Part shown: positions 12,100-24,700 of the stretch, piece by piece
Numbering within the stretch: the first letter of the stretch is position 1
Layout of the letters: each line of letters opens with the position of its first letter
From: Camelus dromedarius
Lineage: Eukaryota
Length of the DNA: 64,000 bases
Direction: 5' to 3'
Assembly (NCBI RefSeq): GCF_036321535.1
Contig: NC_087436.1
Span: 33,358,001 to 33,422,000, forward strand
Translations under genes and position numbers: made by a program
The notes under the pieces: model-generated
Database searches by the model: none
Told to the model about the DNA's origin: nothing
The model's input: the letters and a program-made list of their open reading frames with translations, nothing else

Positions 12100-13205
12100 T
12101 TCCATTCTTCACAGCTAAATGTTAAAGTGTTTCAGGGTTTTGACCCTGGCTTTCTTTCATTCTCTATTTACACACATGATTTTAATGTGGATAAAACCTT
12201 ACATCATATCTGTATATTGATGATTCTCAAATTTATCTTCTAGTCCTGACGACTCCACTAAACTACAGACTGATATCTCATTTCCTATTCTGCATCTCTA
12301 TTTATTGGTCATTTGAGTCCAATAAATACTAAAAACATCCAAAACAGAACTCTGTATGCTCCATTGATAAACCTATTACTCCTCTAGTCTTGTGTTTTTA
12401 GCAAATGGTGGCAACACTTGTTATGGAAAAAATTCCTAGAAACCATCCTTGTTTCCTCATTTTATTATAATAATACGAAATGTATCAAAGTGTCACCATC
12501 ACTATCTTCAATGTATATTACATCTTCAAAGGATAGCCACATTAATCATTTTCAGTTATGTAACATTAGTCTCTATCATTTCTCTCCTAGATTTCTAAGA
12601 AAACCTTTTATGATTTGTCTGCCTCCAGCCTTGATCTCCATGGACAGTTTTTCTCAGAGCAATAAAGGAATTTTTTTTTTTAAACATGAACTAAACACGA
12701 CACTCCTGTGGTCTGCACACTTCTAATTAGCTTAACATCTTAGAGTATGATGCAAACTGACCTATGAGGTCCTCATGCCTCTCTTACTATAATCACATCA
12801 TGATTTTTCAATTCCCTTGCTATATTATAATTACTTTTCTACTCAAACTACAACTTTTTTAACCTCAGGATTTTGTTCTTGCTGCTTTCTGTTCGGCATG
12901 TGTGATCCCTGTATCTTAACACTGTTCACATTCCATTTCATCCCAGATTTTGCTTAAGTGTTCCCTTTACTAACCAACTGTTGTGATAACTTCTCCCATA
13001 ACTTTCTATCCTACTCTGTACTTTTACTTTTTTATAACATATAACACAACTAGATTTTTTGTGTGTTGTTTTCAACTTTCTATCTGTATCGCAAGACTCT
13101 AAGCCTGAAAGGCAGGGGTTTTGTCTGATTTTCCAATGGATCTCTGGAAATTAGAAAAATGCTTTTGTGTTAGAAACTCAAATCATGTTTATGGAAGTAA
13201 TCAGT
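12100..13205 (+). mobile_element. L2 LINE 3' ~1.1 kb
   Basis: gatgattctcaaatttatcttctagtcctgac, aacatccaaaacagaactc, aaatggtggca, ggcaggggttttgtctg and a degenerate 3' tail. Confidence 0.7.
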
Positions 13206-14269
13206 GAAGCTCAGGGGTGATGTGAAGGCTGATTAACACTCCTCACTGTATTCCTAGGGAGGCCAAAAGGAAGACTTGAAAGTTTCTTTAGTCACTAATG
13301 TTTCAGTATTTATTAATTAGGGTTAAGAATCTGAAATGGTCTCCCAGAAATCCCACCTTCCCAGATGTTGACACATTGTTAGTGAAGGGTTGTGAGATGT
13401 GGTGAATAAAACATATAAAAACTTATACAAATTCTCCCTAAGAAAGGAAATAATATGATTGAGAGGTTGGAGCATTTTCTCCGGAGGCTGTACCCACAGC
13501 AGCCAAAAAATTCAGTAACCCTAAATTTATCCTTGTTTACTAAGGTGAGGGGGTGTAAAAGTATTCTGTAAGCCTAGTCAGACTACTTGAACCTGATACA
13601 ACTATTAGAGAAAAGAGTGATCTTGGATGACGGTGAAGGTGAAGTTTCTTCCAAAGCTCAAGAGTTGACTATGAGAATGACATAAACTGTCTCTAGTTAA
13701 TGTGTTATAATAAAATATTAAATAACTAATGGCTAAACATAGGCTCTAAAAGCTGTTGATGCTGGGGCAACATTACGATTTGCACATCTTAGGCGGGGAA
13801 AGATACTTGAGCAAAATAGGCTAAATTTTATTTACTGGATAGTGATAACCAGAGATGTCAATATAGAACCAGAGATACCAGCATAGAATGTAGGAATAGC
13901 AACTGGTGCATTAAGTAAATCTGCATGGCCTAACCCAGTGATCCACTGGGAAGTAGAACAGAGTAATTAATATACCCTTATAATACACATGCACTCATTT
14001 TTTTCAAAGTATGTGTGGTGGCAATGGGAAGTGGTGGTCTCTTTTACCAAATAGTCTGAAACCAGGCAATATTCTCATAGTAAGAGATAATTTCTCTTGG
14101 TAACATCCAGGACCATTCAATCTGGATTCCGAGAGCTGCAGTTATAGTATATGTGCTGTACAATGATATTTCAGTTCATCAAGTCACTTCTCAGACACAT
14201 TCTAATCATGTGGAAGAGGATTAAAAGTCTTGGGCTTTGGGAAAGTTTTTTATTTGGCAGTTATGAAAA

Positions 14270-15310
14270 TATCTAGGGTTGCAAAACTCACAACGAAAAT
14301 ATCAGAGATACCAGTTAATATGGGATGAGAAGAAGCTGGATGGAGAGTGTTAGCTGGTGAAACAGGAGAGAGAAATCCATAACTGAGTGGATGGCTCAGT
14401 CATGGTAAAGTGGTCAAGGAGGAAGGTAACCTGGCCTAAAGAACCCAGGAGACTTTTAAGTGTCAGAACTCTCAGATATGGAGACTGGAAGTGATACATG
14501 AGACCAAAGAGGAAAGCAATCAGTCTTTGGAAAATTTGTATGGAGATTAGTTGACCCCCACTTCTGCTTGCAGACTGTCCCTCAGACAAAAAAATGTTAA
14601 ACAAATCTGAACTAAATCCAACAAGAGATGCATCTCCATTTAAATTTAGTGAACTATTTGGTAAAGTCTAGTGTGACTGTTTAACAACCAAAGTAAAAAT
14701 TCAGTGTTCTCTTATTTAGGAGTCTAGCAAAATTGAGGGCAGATTCCTATACACTTCCAGGAGTAAGTAATGTGCATCAGCAAACTAGCGACACCTGTAT
14801 ACACACATTTTTTTTTATTGCTTTATTATTACTTATGAATTGACAACTTAGGATAGCCACTCATTTGAAGAAAGGAAATGTAAAAGAGAATGATCAAGAT
14901 GAAGAACTAGGGAAACTAGAATCCAAAGGAAGGAAGAATTTTAGAAAGAGAAGAGACTATTAAGATAACAACAAAAACAATATAAATTCTTACAAATATT
15001 AAATGTTCTGTAATTAGTCTCATTAGTATTTTAAAAGAGATTCTCCCTTAAACAGAATGCTATAAAAAGAATATCAGAATTAGAGAAGTTTCATGGAAAT
15101 TAAATGAATGTTGCAATTAAAACAGACAAGTAAAATAAGCCACAAAAATTTAAAAAATGGGAATTTGATACATCAAGTCAACAACTTTACAAAACGTAGA
15201 ATGAAGGACACGTTTTGTAAATATGAGAGAAAATAAAAAACATGGATATTATTAATTCAGAGGTCCAATAGTAAAATAGCAAGAGTTTCAAGAAGAATAA
15301 ATAAAATGGA
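14270..15310 (+). mobile_element. HAL1 / very old L1 ORF1-region remnant
   Basis: gacaacttaggatagccactcatttgaagaaag, aacagaatgctataaaaagaa...ggaaattaaa and cagaggtccaata...gagtttcaagaag resemble the HAL1 consensus. Confidence 0.55.
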
Positions 15311-15321
15311 AAAAGACACAG

Positions 15322-16515
15322 CATTTTACATTCCCACCAATTGTGGAAGGGTCTCCTGTTCTCTACAACCTCCCAACCTCCTCCCAATTTCATTTCTCTT
15401 TTCTTTTCATAATCATTCTGACAGGTGTGAGGTCATGTCTCACTGTGGTTTTGATTTGTGCTTTCCTAATGATTAGTAATGTTGAGTACCTTTTCAGATA
15501 CCTTCTGGTCATTTATATGTCTTCTTTGAAGAAAATGTCTATTCAGGTTCTTTATACAATTTTAAATTGTGTTAGTTCCTTGCTTTTAAATTGTACGAAT
15601 TCCATATGTTTTACATATTAACCCCTTATCAGATACATGGTTCACAAATATTTTTCTCCCATTCTATACGTCCCTTTTTCATTCTGTTAATTGTTTCCTT
15701 ACCTGTGCAGAAGCTTTTTAGTTTGATGGAGTCCCACTTGTTTATTTTTACTTTTGTTTCCTGTACTTTTGGCAGCATATCCATGAAATCATTGCCAACA
15801 GCAGTGTCCTGAAGCTTTTCCTCAGTGTTTTCATCTTGGAGTTTTACAGTTTAAGTTCTTATATTTGCATCTTTAATCCATTTTGAGTTGATTTTTGTGT
15901 ATGGAGTGAGAAAGATCTAATTTCATTCTTTTACATGTAGATGTCCGGTTTTCACAGCACCATTTCTTGCAGAGACTGTCCTTTCCCCATTATGTATTTT
16001 TGGCACCCTTGTTGAAGCTCAGTTGACGCATATATACATAGGTTTATTTCTGGGCTCTCAATTCTGTCCCATTGGTCTATATACCCATCTTTATGCCAAA
16101 ACTATACTGTTTTAGTTACTGTAGCTTTTTAATATACATTGAAATCAGGAAGTATGATGCCTCCACTTTTGTTTTGTTTTGTTTTCAGAGTTTTTTAAAA
16201 AAAAGTTTGTTAAAAAAGAAATGCCACTGAGATTTTGATGGGAATAACATTGAATCGGTGGATTGCTTTGGGCAGTGTAGAAATTTTAACAATGTTAAGT
16301 CTTCCAATCCATGAACATGGTATGTCTTTCCATTTATTTGTCTCTTTAACTTCTTTCATCAGTGTATTTAGTTTTCAGCATATAAGTGTTACTTGGTTAT
16401 GTTTATTCTGAAGTATCATATTCTTTTTGATGCTATTATAAATGGTATTGTTTTCTTAATTTCCCTTTTGAATAGTTTGTTGTTTGTGTATAGAAACACA
16501 AGTGATTTTCATGTG
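15322..16515 (-). mobile_element. LINE-1 ORF2 internal fragment (RT C-terminal part)
   Basis: ttttacattcccaccaa, attctgacaggtgtgaggt, ctgtgcagaagctttttagtttgatg, gaaatcaggaagtatgatgcctcca, ccaatccatgaacatgg; homologous to about 55200-56400. Confidence 0.9.
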
Positions 16516-17404
16516 CTTTGTTCCAGAACATAGTTTGAAAGGAAGAGTATCTTGAGATTAAGTTTGCAAAATATTTGTTATTTTTCCATTAATAATTATC
16601 TAACAGATGACTGCAATATGATATACGACTGAGAATTATGTAAATGAATGATGACTAGAGGTGTTCATAGTGAGAAAATGAAACATGGACAGACTTACCT
16701 GATCACAGAACTAAAATCCAAGGTCTGCTTGAAATCTTCCTGTATCCCCCTCAGATGATTCTAACATGGACGGAAATAATATTAAAAACATTTGTTTTTA
16801 ATTGTTAGAAAAATATATTGAAAATGGAGAGCTAATCCATGTTTATAGAGAGACTGAATCCCAAATACTACAGAAGAAATGAAAAACATCCAATCACCAT
16901 AAAGACTACAGTACACCATCTTCCTCTATCTGTCTGTGATGGCAGATAGTCTTCACAAATACAGTACTGTGATTAACTTATTAACATGGATGGTATTACT
17001 CAGCATGCCATCTTTAACTTACTGCTTAAAGAATCTTAGGTATTATTTGAAACTTAATCCTGATCCATGTAAACCTTTGGTACTTATTCAAATTCCCCAC
17101 ATATCATGAGTTGAGGCTGCTTCTGGGATGAGTGGTGGCAGCAGCAGTGCCCAAGTTGATGCCACCGTTTTCTGAGCCAGCCCTGATCAGCACATCCCAG
17201 CTCACCCTGTCTCTGTTCCTCCATCAGGACCCAGACTCAGTCCCTTCCCATACCAGAAGTCACATGTAGCATCCCTGCAGGCTCCAGCTGCAGCCTGTTT
17301 GACTTCATGGGAAGCCTCACACTCCACCCATTTGGACCAGGCCCTGCCCCAATTCCAGGTGTCCTCTGTTGTTCAAAAAAAAAAAGAAAAAAAAAACAAA
17401 AAAC

Positions 17405-17510
17405 CTCCAACACTAAGTTGGATGTATTAACTTAACTTATTGTGGTAATAATTTCTCAATGTATACACACTTTCTTTATAGTTGTATATAATATGTCCAA
17501 AGTTACAACA
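17405..17510 (+). mobile_element. L1MA-type 3' UTR fragment
   Basis: ggatgtattaacttaacttattgtggtaataatttctcaatgtatac resembles the L1MA 3' terminal block. Confidence 0.5.
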
Positions 17511-19261
17511 TAAGGGCCAGAGCTTTCTCCTAGACTCAAGTTTATAAATTCTCAATCGGCTTGTGAAGCCAATAGGAATATTTCTTCTTGTCTGATTTGG
17601 TTTCCAGGAAGACTTCATTCAAGTCCTCAGTGGTCATCTGATCAAATGAAATTCTGTTCTTTGTATTCTTCAGCTGTTGTACTCCTCAGTTCTGGCCTTT
17701 GAGAGAGACAGAAACTCAGTATAACTTTTCACATCTTTTTCTTCAGTGTCCAACTGGCAGTGTAGTTATCCTCTGGGACAGAAACCTTCAGGACATTAAG
17801 CTAAAAGAGATGCTTGTTTATACGTTTTAAAGCAAAGATAGGCTTCTGCATCTCAATTTTCTTTGGCTTTTCTTCAAAGTAAAAGAAGACAAAAGCAAAG
17901 AAGCAGCTATGTAGGATATGTTTTTACTAAAACTATAAAATCATTAATGATGTTTTCATCAAGTCAAAAGAGATAATTTTTACCTTAACTCTTGAAAATG
18001 CTGGACACAGCTTTTCTCTCTTCAGATTCCTCTCTGCATCATGTTCAATCATTTGTTTTTGTTTAGTGTTTTTTTTGTTGTTGTTGTTCACATGCAATGC
18101 ATAACTAATGAGTAGGTTTTCAATTAAGTTCTAGTGAAAGTTAGCCATGTGCAACTCTTAGAAACTGCCAAAGTGACGGAGTTCTTCAGGGCATGCTTTT
18201 CCAAAAAGACTGTTACCATAAATGTATTGTTATCATGAATGTGTAAATGTTAGCACAGAGCTTAAGCTTGGCTTTATAATATTGAAAAGTAAATGACTAG
18301 TGCATGTTTATGCTGGTAGGAAGTGTGGTATAACAGTTATGTCAAATGTAAGTTATAAATATTATAATGGGATCTGGCTAGTGACTTGTTGGTGATTTTG
18401 GACACAGCAATGTGCTGTATTTGTCCAAGTATTTTGCAGGAAAGATTTCACTCATCTTTATAACATCCCTTTCATTAAAGGATATTTCAGTGGAGATATG
18501 AAGGAAGATTGCAAATTGCTTAAAAAATCAGAAGGGTGAGGAGGGGAATCAGGTCTTTCCAAACCTCGGTTCAGAGTTATATATGTTCCTGGTGACCCAT
18601 CATTAAAGTACAGCTTCGTCCCTAGCTGTAACATGTGCATGGGAACAGTTTGTCACATGCTTTCGAATTCTTTGAAGGTTTGTATCAGGCATTAATATTG
18701 CCAAAGACCCCCAGGCATTGGCAAAAGCTCTTTCCATTTGTTCCCCCATATGTGATATTGTTTGTGTCGTGGTATGTATAAAGTGAAAATTTTTGTTTAT
18801 GGGATTTTTAGTATGTGTGCATGATTTTAAGCAAAGTATTTTGCATTCTGGTATTTAGAACAGGCTGAAAATATCCAAATAGATAGCAAAATTTGAAGTT
18901 TATATAGAAGTGTTCCAAATATCATAGCTATCATTAAAAGAGAATCAAATGTACAACTTTAGAATGAAGAGCAGCACCCTCTTCCCCAATGACTGTTCTT
19001 AAAGGACCTAGAAATAGTCAGATGTGACATGAGAAGGGAAACACAAGTTGACAACCTCAGATATGGACTCCTCATGTACCATTAAGCAATAGCTTATTCA
19101 TTCATCCATTCAATTATTTTGAACTCATATAATGTCCAAGGTACTGTGGAAATAATTAATTCAACTTTCGGAAAGATGAGTGCTTTAGGAAATAGAGCTG
19201 GTAAAACATTGTTTCTCGGTAATCAGATTAGGAAACATTAAAATATTTGACAGTTTGAGGA

Positions 19262-19452
19262 TTACTGGTCAGGCATTTCATAGGATGTCCCTCAAGTGGG
19301 ATTTGTCTAATTTTTTTCTCATGTTTCTAGGTTTGAGGGGAGACTACAAAGATAAAGTGACATTCTCATTACACTGTATCAAGGGAACATAATAACAACA
19401 AGACTTACCACTATTTATGTTAACTTTGATCACCTAACTTGACATTGTATTT
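19262..19452 (-). mobile_element. L1MC/L1MD-type 3' UTR fragment (target of the younger L1)
   Basis: actggtcaggcatt...atgtccctcaa...gtctaatttttttctcatg...atcaagggaacat...taactttgatcacct matches the antisense L1MC 3' UTR. Confidence 0.65.
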
Positions 19453-21417
19453 GTGTCCCAGTATTGGAGCATCCAGGGGAAGCCAGATCTTGGTGTTAAT
19501 GGCCCAAGCAAGATATCAGCCTTCAGGAGAGTTTGTGCAGGCGAATACTCTCCAATATGTCTTTTGTACCCAGGGTGAGCCACAGCCACCCCCACACCTC
19601 CCTGGGAGACCCTCAGACCAGCAGCAAGGTCTGGCCCAGGCTCTTATGAAGTTACTGCTTCTGCCCTCAGTGCTGGTGCACATGAGATTTTGTGTGTGCC
19701 CTTTAGTAGGAGAGTCTCCATTTCCACCAGTCCTGTGGTGCTCCTTCAGTTAAGCCCCTCTGGACTTCAAAGACAAATGCTCTGGGGGCTCCTCAGGACC
19801 GATGCTCCAATACTGGGACACCTCAGGCCAAACAACTAACTGGGCAGGAACACGGCCCCACCCATCAGCAGACAGGCTGCCTAAAGCCTTCCTGAGCCCA
19901 CAGCCTCCTCTAGACACACCCCTAGACAGGCCTGCCCACAAGAGGGCTAAGACCCAACTCCAACCACCAGCTGGCAGACACTGGCCCTCTTGCCAGAAAG
20001 CCTGCACAAGCCTCAGGACCAGCCTCACCCACCAGGGTGGAGACACCAGAAGCAAGAAAATGATGATCCCCAGCCTGCAAAACTGAGTACACAAACACAG
20101 GCCAGATCCTACCCTGGGACCAGCTGGCCCCTGGTCCTTGGATGATGAGAGAGGAGTGCACTGCTGGGGCACAGAGGACATCTCATACAGAGGGCCGCTT
20201 CTCCAAGTTTGAGAAATGTAGCTAAATTACTACATACATAAAAATACAAATAGAAATTTAGACAAAACAAGGCGGCAGAGGAATATGTTCCAGATGAAGG
20301 AACAAGATAAAACCCCAGAACAGCTAAGTAAGGAGGAGAAGGGCAGTCTACTAGAGAAAGAGTTCAGAGTAGTGATTGTAAAGTTGATCCAAGAACTTGG
20401 GAGAAGAATGGATGCACAGAGTGAGAAGTTAGAATTTTTTAACAAAGAGGTAGAAAATATAAAGAACAACCAAATGGAGTTGAAGAACACAGTAACTGAA
20501 AGGAAAAGTACACTGTCAGACATCAGTAGTAGAATAAATGAGGCAGAAGAATGGATCAGTGAGCTGGAAGGCAGAGTAGTGGAACTGACTGCTTCAGAAC
20601 AGAATAAATAAAAAAGGAAGGAAAGAAATGAGGACAGTTTGAGACCTCTGGGATAACATCAGGTGCACTAACATTCGCATTATATGGATCTTAGAAGGAG
20701 AAGAGAGAGAGAAAGGACCACAGGAAATAATTGAAGAGATAAATAGCTGAAAGCTGAAAACTTCCCTAACCTGGGGAAGGAAACAGTCACCCAAGTCGAG
20801 GAAGCATAGAGAGTCCCATACAGGATTAACCCAAAGAGGAACACACCAAGACACATAAAGTCATCAAATTGGCAGAAATTAAAGATGAAGAGAAAATATT
20901 AAAAATAACAAGGGAAAAACAACTAGCATACTAGGAAACTCCCATAAGGCTATCAGCTGATTTTTTCAGCAGAAACTGCAGGATACAAGGATGCTATGCA
21001 GTATACTTAAGGTGATGAAAGGGAAAAACCCACAACCAAGAATATTCTACCCAGCGAGGCTCTCATTTTGATTTGTTGGAGAAATCAAAAGCTTTACAGA
21101 CATGCAAGCTAAAAGAATTCAGCATCACCATACCAGCTATACAGCAAATGCTAAAGGAACTTTTGTAGGTGGAAAAGAAAAGACACAACTAGAAACAAAA
21201 AAATCACTAAATGGAAAGCTCACTGGTAAATGTAAATATACAGTAAAGGCAGGGAATCATCCACACAGAATTTAGTAGGAAGATTAAATGATAAAGGACT
21301 AAAGTCATCTGTATCCACATAAGCAGTTAAGGGATACACCTACTAAAATAGGATACAAAACCAGTAATAGTGAGGGGAGGAGAGTACAGATGCAGGGTAT
21401 TTGAAATTAAGAGATCA
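19453..21417 (+). mobile_element. Lineage-specific LINE-1 5' half: inverted 5' UTR segment (19453-~19795), sense 5' UTR, ORF1 and inter-ORF region; ORF2 and 3' end missing
   Basis: GC-rich 5' UTR, recognisable ORF1p translation, and a 21-bp inverted duplication at 19453-19473 and 19801-19821. Confidence 0.9.
20285..21168 (+). pseudogene. Disrupted L1 ORF1p (coiled-coil, RRM, CTD)
   Basis: ORF 20285..20611 MFQMKEQDKTPEQLS...EFRVVIVKLIQELGRRMD...RINEAEEWISELE. It continues through stops and frameshifts with LRDLWDNI, ENFPNL, RINPKRNTPRH, PIRLSADF and PRIFYPARLSF-like blocks to ctaaaggaacttttgtag. Confidence 0.9.
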
Positions 21418-21786
21418 ATCAGTGCAGAAAACTTCACTGCTGTCTTATTTTAAGAAATTGCCACAGACACTCCAACCTTCAGCAACCACCACCCTGATCC
21501 ATCAGCAGTCATCAACATGGAGGCAAGACCCTCCATTAGCAAAAAGATTAGGACCCACTGAAGTCTCAGATGATGGTTAGCATTCTTTAGCAATGAAGTA
21601 TTTTTAATTACTTATACATTGCTTTTTTAGATACAATGCCATTGCACACTTAATTAACTATATATTATAAATACAGCTTTTATATGCACTAGGAAACTAA
21701 AAAAATTACGTGACTTAACTTTATTGCAGTATCACTTTATTGTCATGGTCTGGAACTGAACCCATGACATCTCCAAGGTATACCTG
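21415..21786 (+). mobile_element. Tigger1 DNA transposon 3' end with terminal inverted repeat
   Basis: ttattttaagaaattgccacag...ccttcagcaaccaccaccctgatc...gaggcaagaccctcca...ggtctggaactgaaccc...atctccaaggtatacctg followed by TA (21787-21788), the TcMar target dinucleotide. Confidence 0.92.
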
Positions 21787-24700
21787 TACATAATTAGGAA
21801 AAAAACAGATGGTATTTCTATATAGTATGTAGGAGATTATGATATACAATGTACAATTAAAAGATGTACAAGTGTAAATCATTTATTATCTAGAAACCAC
21901 CTAACCAGGATATGAATTATCTCTAAATGTGGATAAAGATGATTATGCATACATTAGTAAGTATGTGTCCAGCCACAGACATTCTCTTTATGAGAGAGAT
22001 GCAGTTTTGGGAAGGTAAACCTGTATGGCAGAGATTTATTGGTCAACATGAACTGAAACTTGTACTATTTTAAATAAGACTGTAAAATGAGACAAAAGAT
22101 AACCCTGAGGCACTGCAAGTTCACAGAACTCCAAAGGCCTTACTGGACTGTCCTTACTCAAATGGGAGAGAAGGTAACTGTGGTCTTAAATATTTTTAAA
22201 AAATTCGTTTCAGTTTATAAATGATTAATCAAAAACCCTAATTCCTTTAATAATTTACATAATCCAAGTACTTTTTCATTTTTATTTCTTCTCAGTTGTA
22301 AAAAATAAATGGATTAACATAATGCTATTAGAAACAAAAATTTTTGTATTTATAGTAATTAGCCAACTGCCCAACTGTTCTAATATTTAATAATAAAATA
22401 AAAATAGGGCTAATTTATATTATATTCTCTAAAAGCAGAATGAAAGTATGTATAAAATTTGAATAAAAAAGAAAATACCAGTGATTCCTGAGTGTTGATT
22501 CAAAGGTTTAATATTTGTAGATGAACAGTGCAAACATTTATATTAATGTATTTCCATAGTGTGCTTGGTTACATTATATACATCACATTAAAACATTTTA
22601 TATACAATTGTTTTATATACACTAAAAACTATAATGAGAATGACATAAAATTATTACACATTTGAATACCATTTGATTTTCTAGAGACACTATCAAATCT
22701 TCATGAATATAATTGGGAGATTAAAAACTATTATGTATTCTCACATCATCATGTCTCTTAACTGTTACATGAGCTATGATATGAATAACAAAATAAAATA
22801 ATCGTAGTTTTGTGTTCTTGAGATAAATTTACTGATCTCACAAAATCCTTTGAATTAGCATTTTATAGATAGATGACAAAGAAATCAGTGGATTGGTAGG
22901 TAGATAGGTAATCTTGGGTACATACTTGTTTTATTCCCAGATTTTATACAAAATATTCCTTTATCTTTGAGTGTTAACAAAGCTATTGTACATTCTGGTA
23001 TCTCTATTACAATATTGGAGATCAATATTAATTTTCCTTTTAAGAAAAGACCCTCTAGAGTCCTTTCCAAATGCATTCTCTTATCAGCCCTCTACCTTCA
23101 TTCTCAGAGGCTTGAGGCCACAGTCATTCAGAATCGTTTTTCATCAGGAGGTAGACGAGTCCAACAATAACTGAGATTGAGAGACCTCACTGATGGAACT
23201 CGTCATTCCCTTGTAGCTGCTTTTGTGCTTTGGTTTCCTAACGTGGGTGGTTTGCCCGGGCATTGTTTTGTTGTGATGCGTGTGTGCTTCACCTTATGCC
23301 ACATCTTGCCTTGCATTCTGGTATTTACCTTCTTGTATTTTAGTGTATTTAATCACTGATATTGTACCCAGATTTTTGTGGTCCCTTGTTGCCTTGGCAT
23401 TGGCACACTACATAGCTCAGTGCTATTCTCATGAGTGTGTCAACAATGAGAACATATAGGTAGGCAACCTGACGTGACCTTAAGGCATTCATGGACATAT
23501 TAGCTAAGCTGTTAGTGTTTTGTTTTGTTTGCTTGTTTTAATTCTAGGGAGTATTGAGCAATCAGTGCTGCTTTGGGCTTATACCTAATTTATGGCTTAA
23601 GTCTGCTGTTAAGTTATTCAAAGCAGTCACTGAGTATCTTTGGATTTCCCATTTAAAAATAATAAATTCTTTGAGAAAGAATAGTGTCTTAAGGTACATA
23701 ACGTGTACTTTTCTATATTTTTTATACTGAAAATGCACACTGTTGGAAGAAGAGTAGGTGAAATATTTTGAAAAGTGAAAGAAATCTATAAAAATGAGTC
23801 TTTTGTTTCCCCTCTAAATTGGCAAGACACGAAAGCAGAATTGTCAGGAAAATGAAGTAAAATTAGAACTTAGGACAACAATGCAACACTAATGAATGTG
23901 TTTTATATGCATAGATAGAAAAAGGAATGGGAAAGATGACAGGACAGCCACATTGTGCTTTGCTTAACTTAGCCAGCTAGCTGAGGCTTTTTACAACTAG
24001 CTCTTTTATAGCTATGACATCTTTATGCAGCTGTCCTTTCTTTTTCTGACTTGGCTGCTTTTGTACACATTTCAAATATTTTTGATCAAATGCACATATA
24101 GTGCAATGTATTTTCCCTGAAAGCACTGTCCCTTGACTAGGGAGAGCCTGAAAGTAGCTTTCATCAAGAATAAAGGTATGAGAAGAGGGGTGGGAGGATG
24201 ATAGGAGACAGGATGCTGGCTGTATCTTTAACAGTTCGTAAGAGATTTGAAGGGAGATGACATGACCATTGAAAGCCTGTTGGCTGGTCAGGGAGAGTGC
24301 ATGTGCACAGTGGAAAGATTAGTAAAATACCAAAGATTTCATGTGAGCATTGGTCCTAAAGGTTACCCCTTTTTTCCTCACTTGGATGAAGTAAAAAGTG
24401 GAAGTTCCTACGCAAGCTCCATGCCTCGGTCTCCTTCAATGCTGGCAGTGACCTGCACAGATAGGATTTCACATTCACACGTACAGACGGGCTAGTCTCC
24501 CCTATTATCCTGGCGCTTCGTGGTTATGATCTAAGACCTTCTGCCTCTCCCACAACATAAACCTTTCTTCTTTAGAAAAAAAAATAAAAATAAAAAGCGC
24601 TGAGCTAGTGGGGATAGAATATATTACCTCATTCTATTTGAGGCCTTGCAATGGCTCAAGATTAACTAGACCACTGAATAATCTCATTTAGCTAAACAGG

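Noticed and set aside
13847..13886. Imperfect 20-bp tandem pair (aaccagagat...atag x2) and surrounding unclassified purine-rich sequence
   Set aside because: An old small duplication; translations of 13460-13690 are stop-interrupted and match nothing I recognise.
16960..16980. TACAGTACTGTGAT, identical to the first 14 nt of miR-101-3p
   Set aside because: The match breaks after 14 nt and there is no complementary 5' arm upstream to form a pre-miRNA hairpin.
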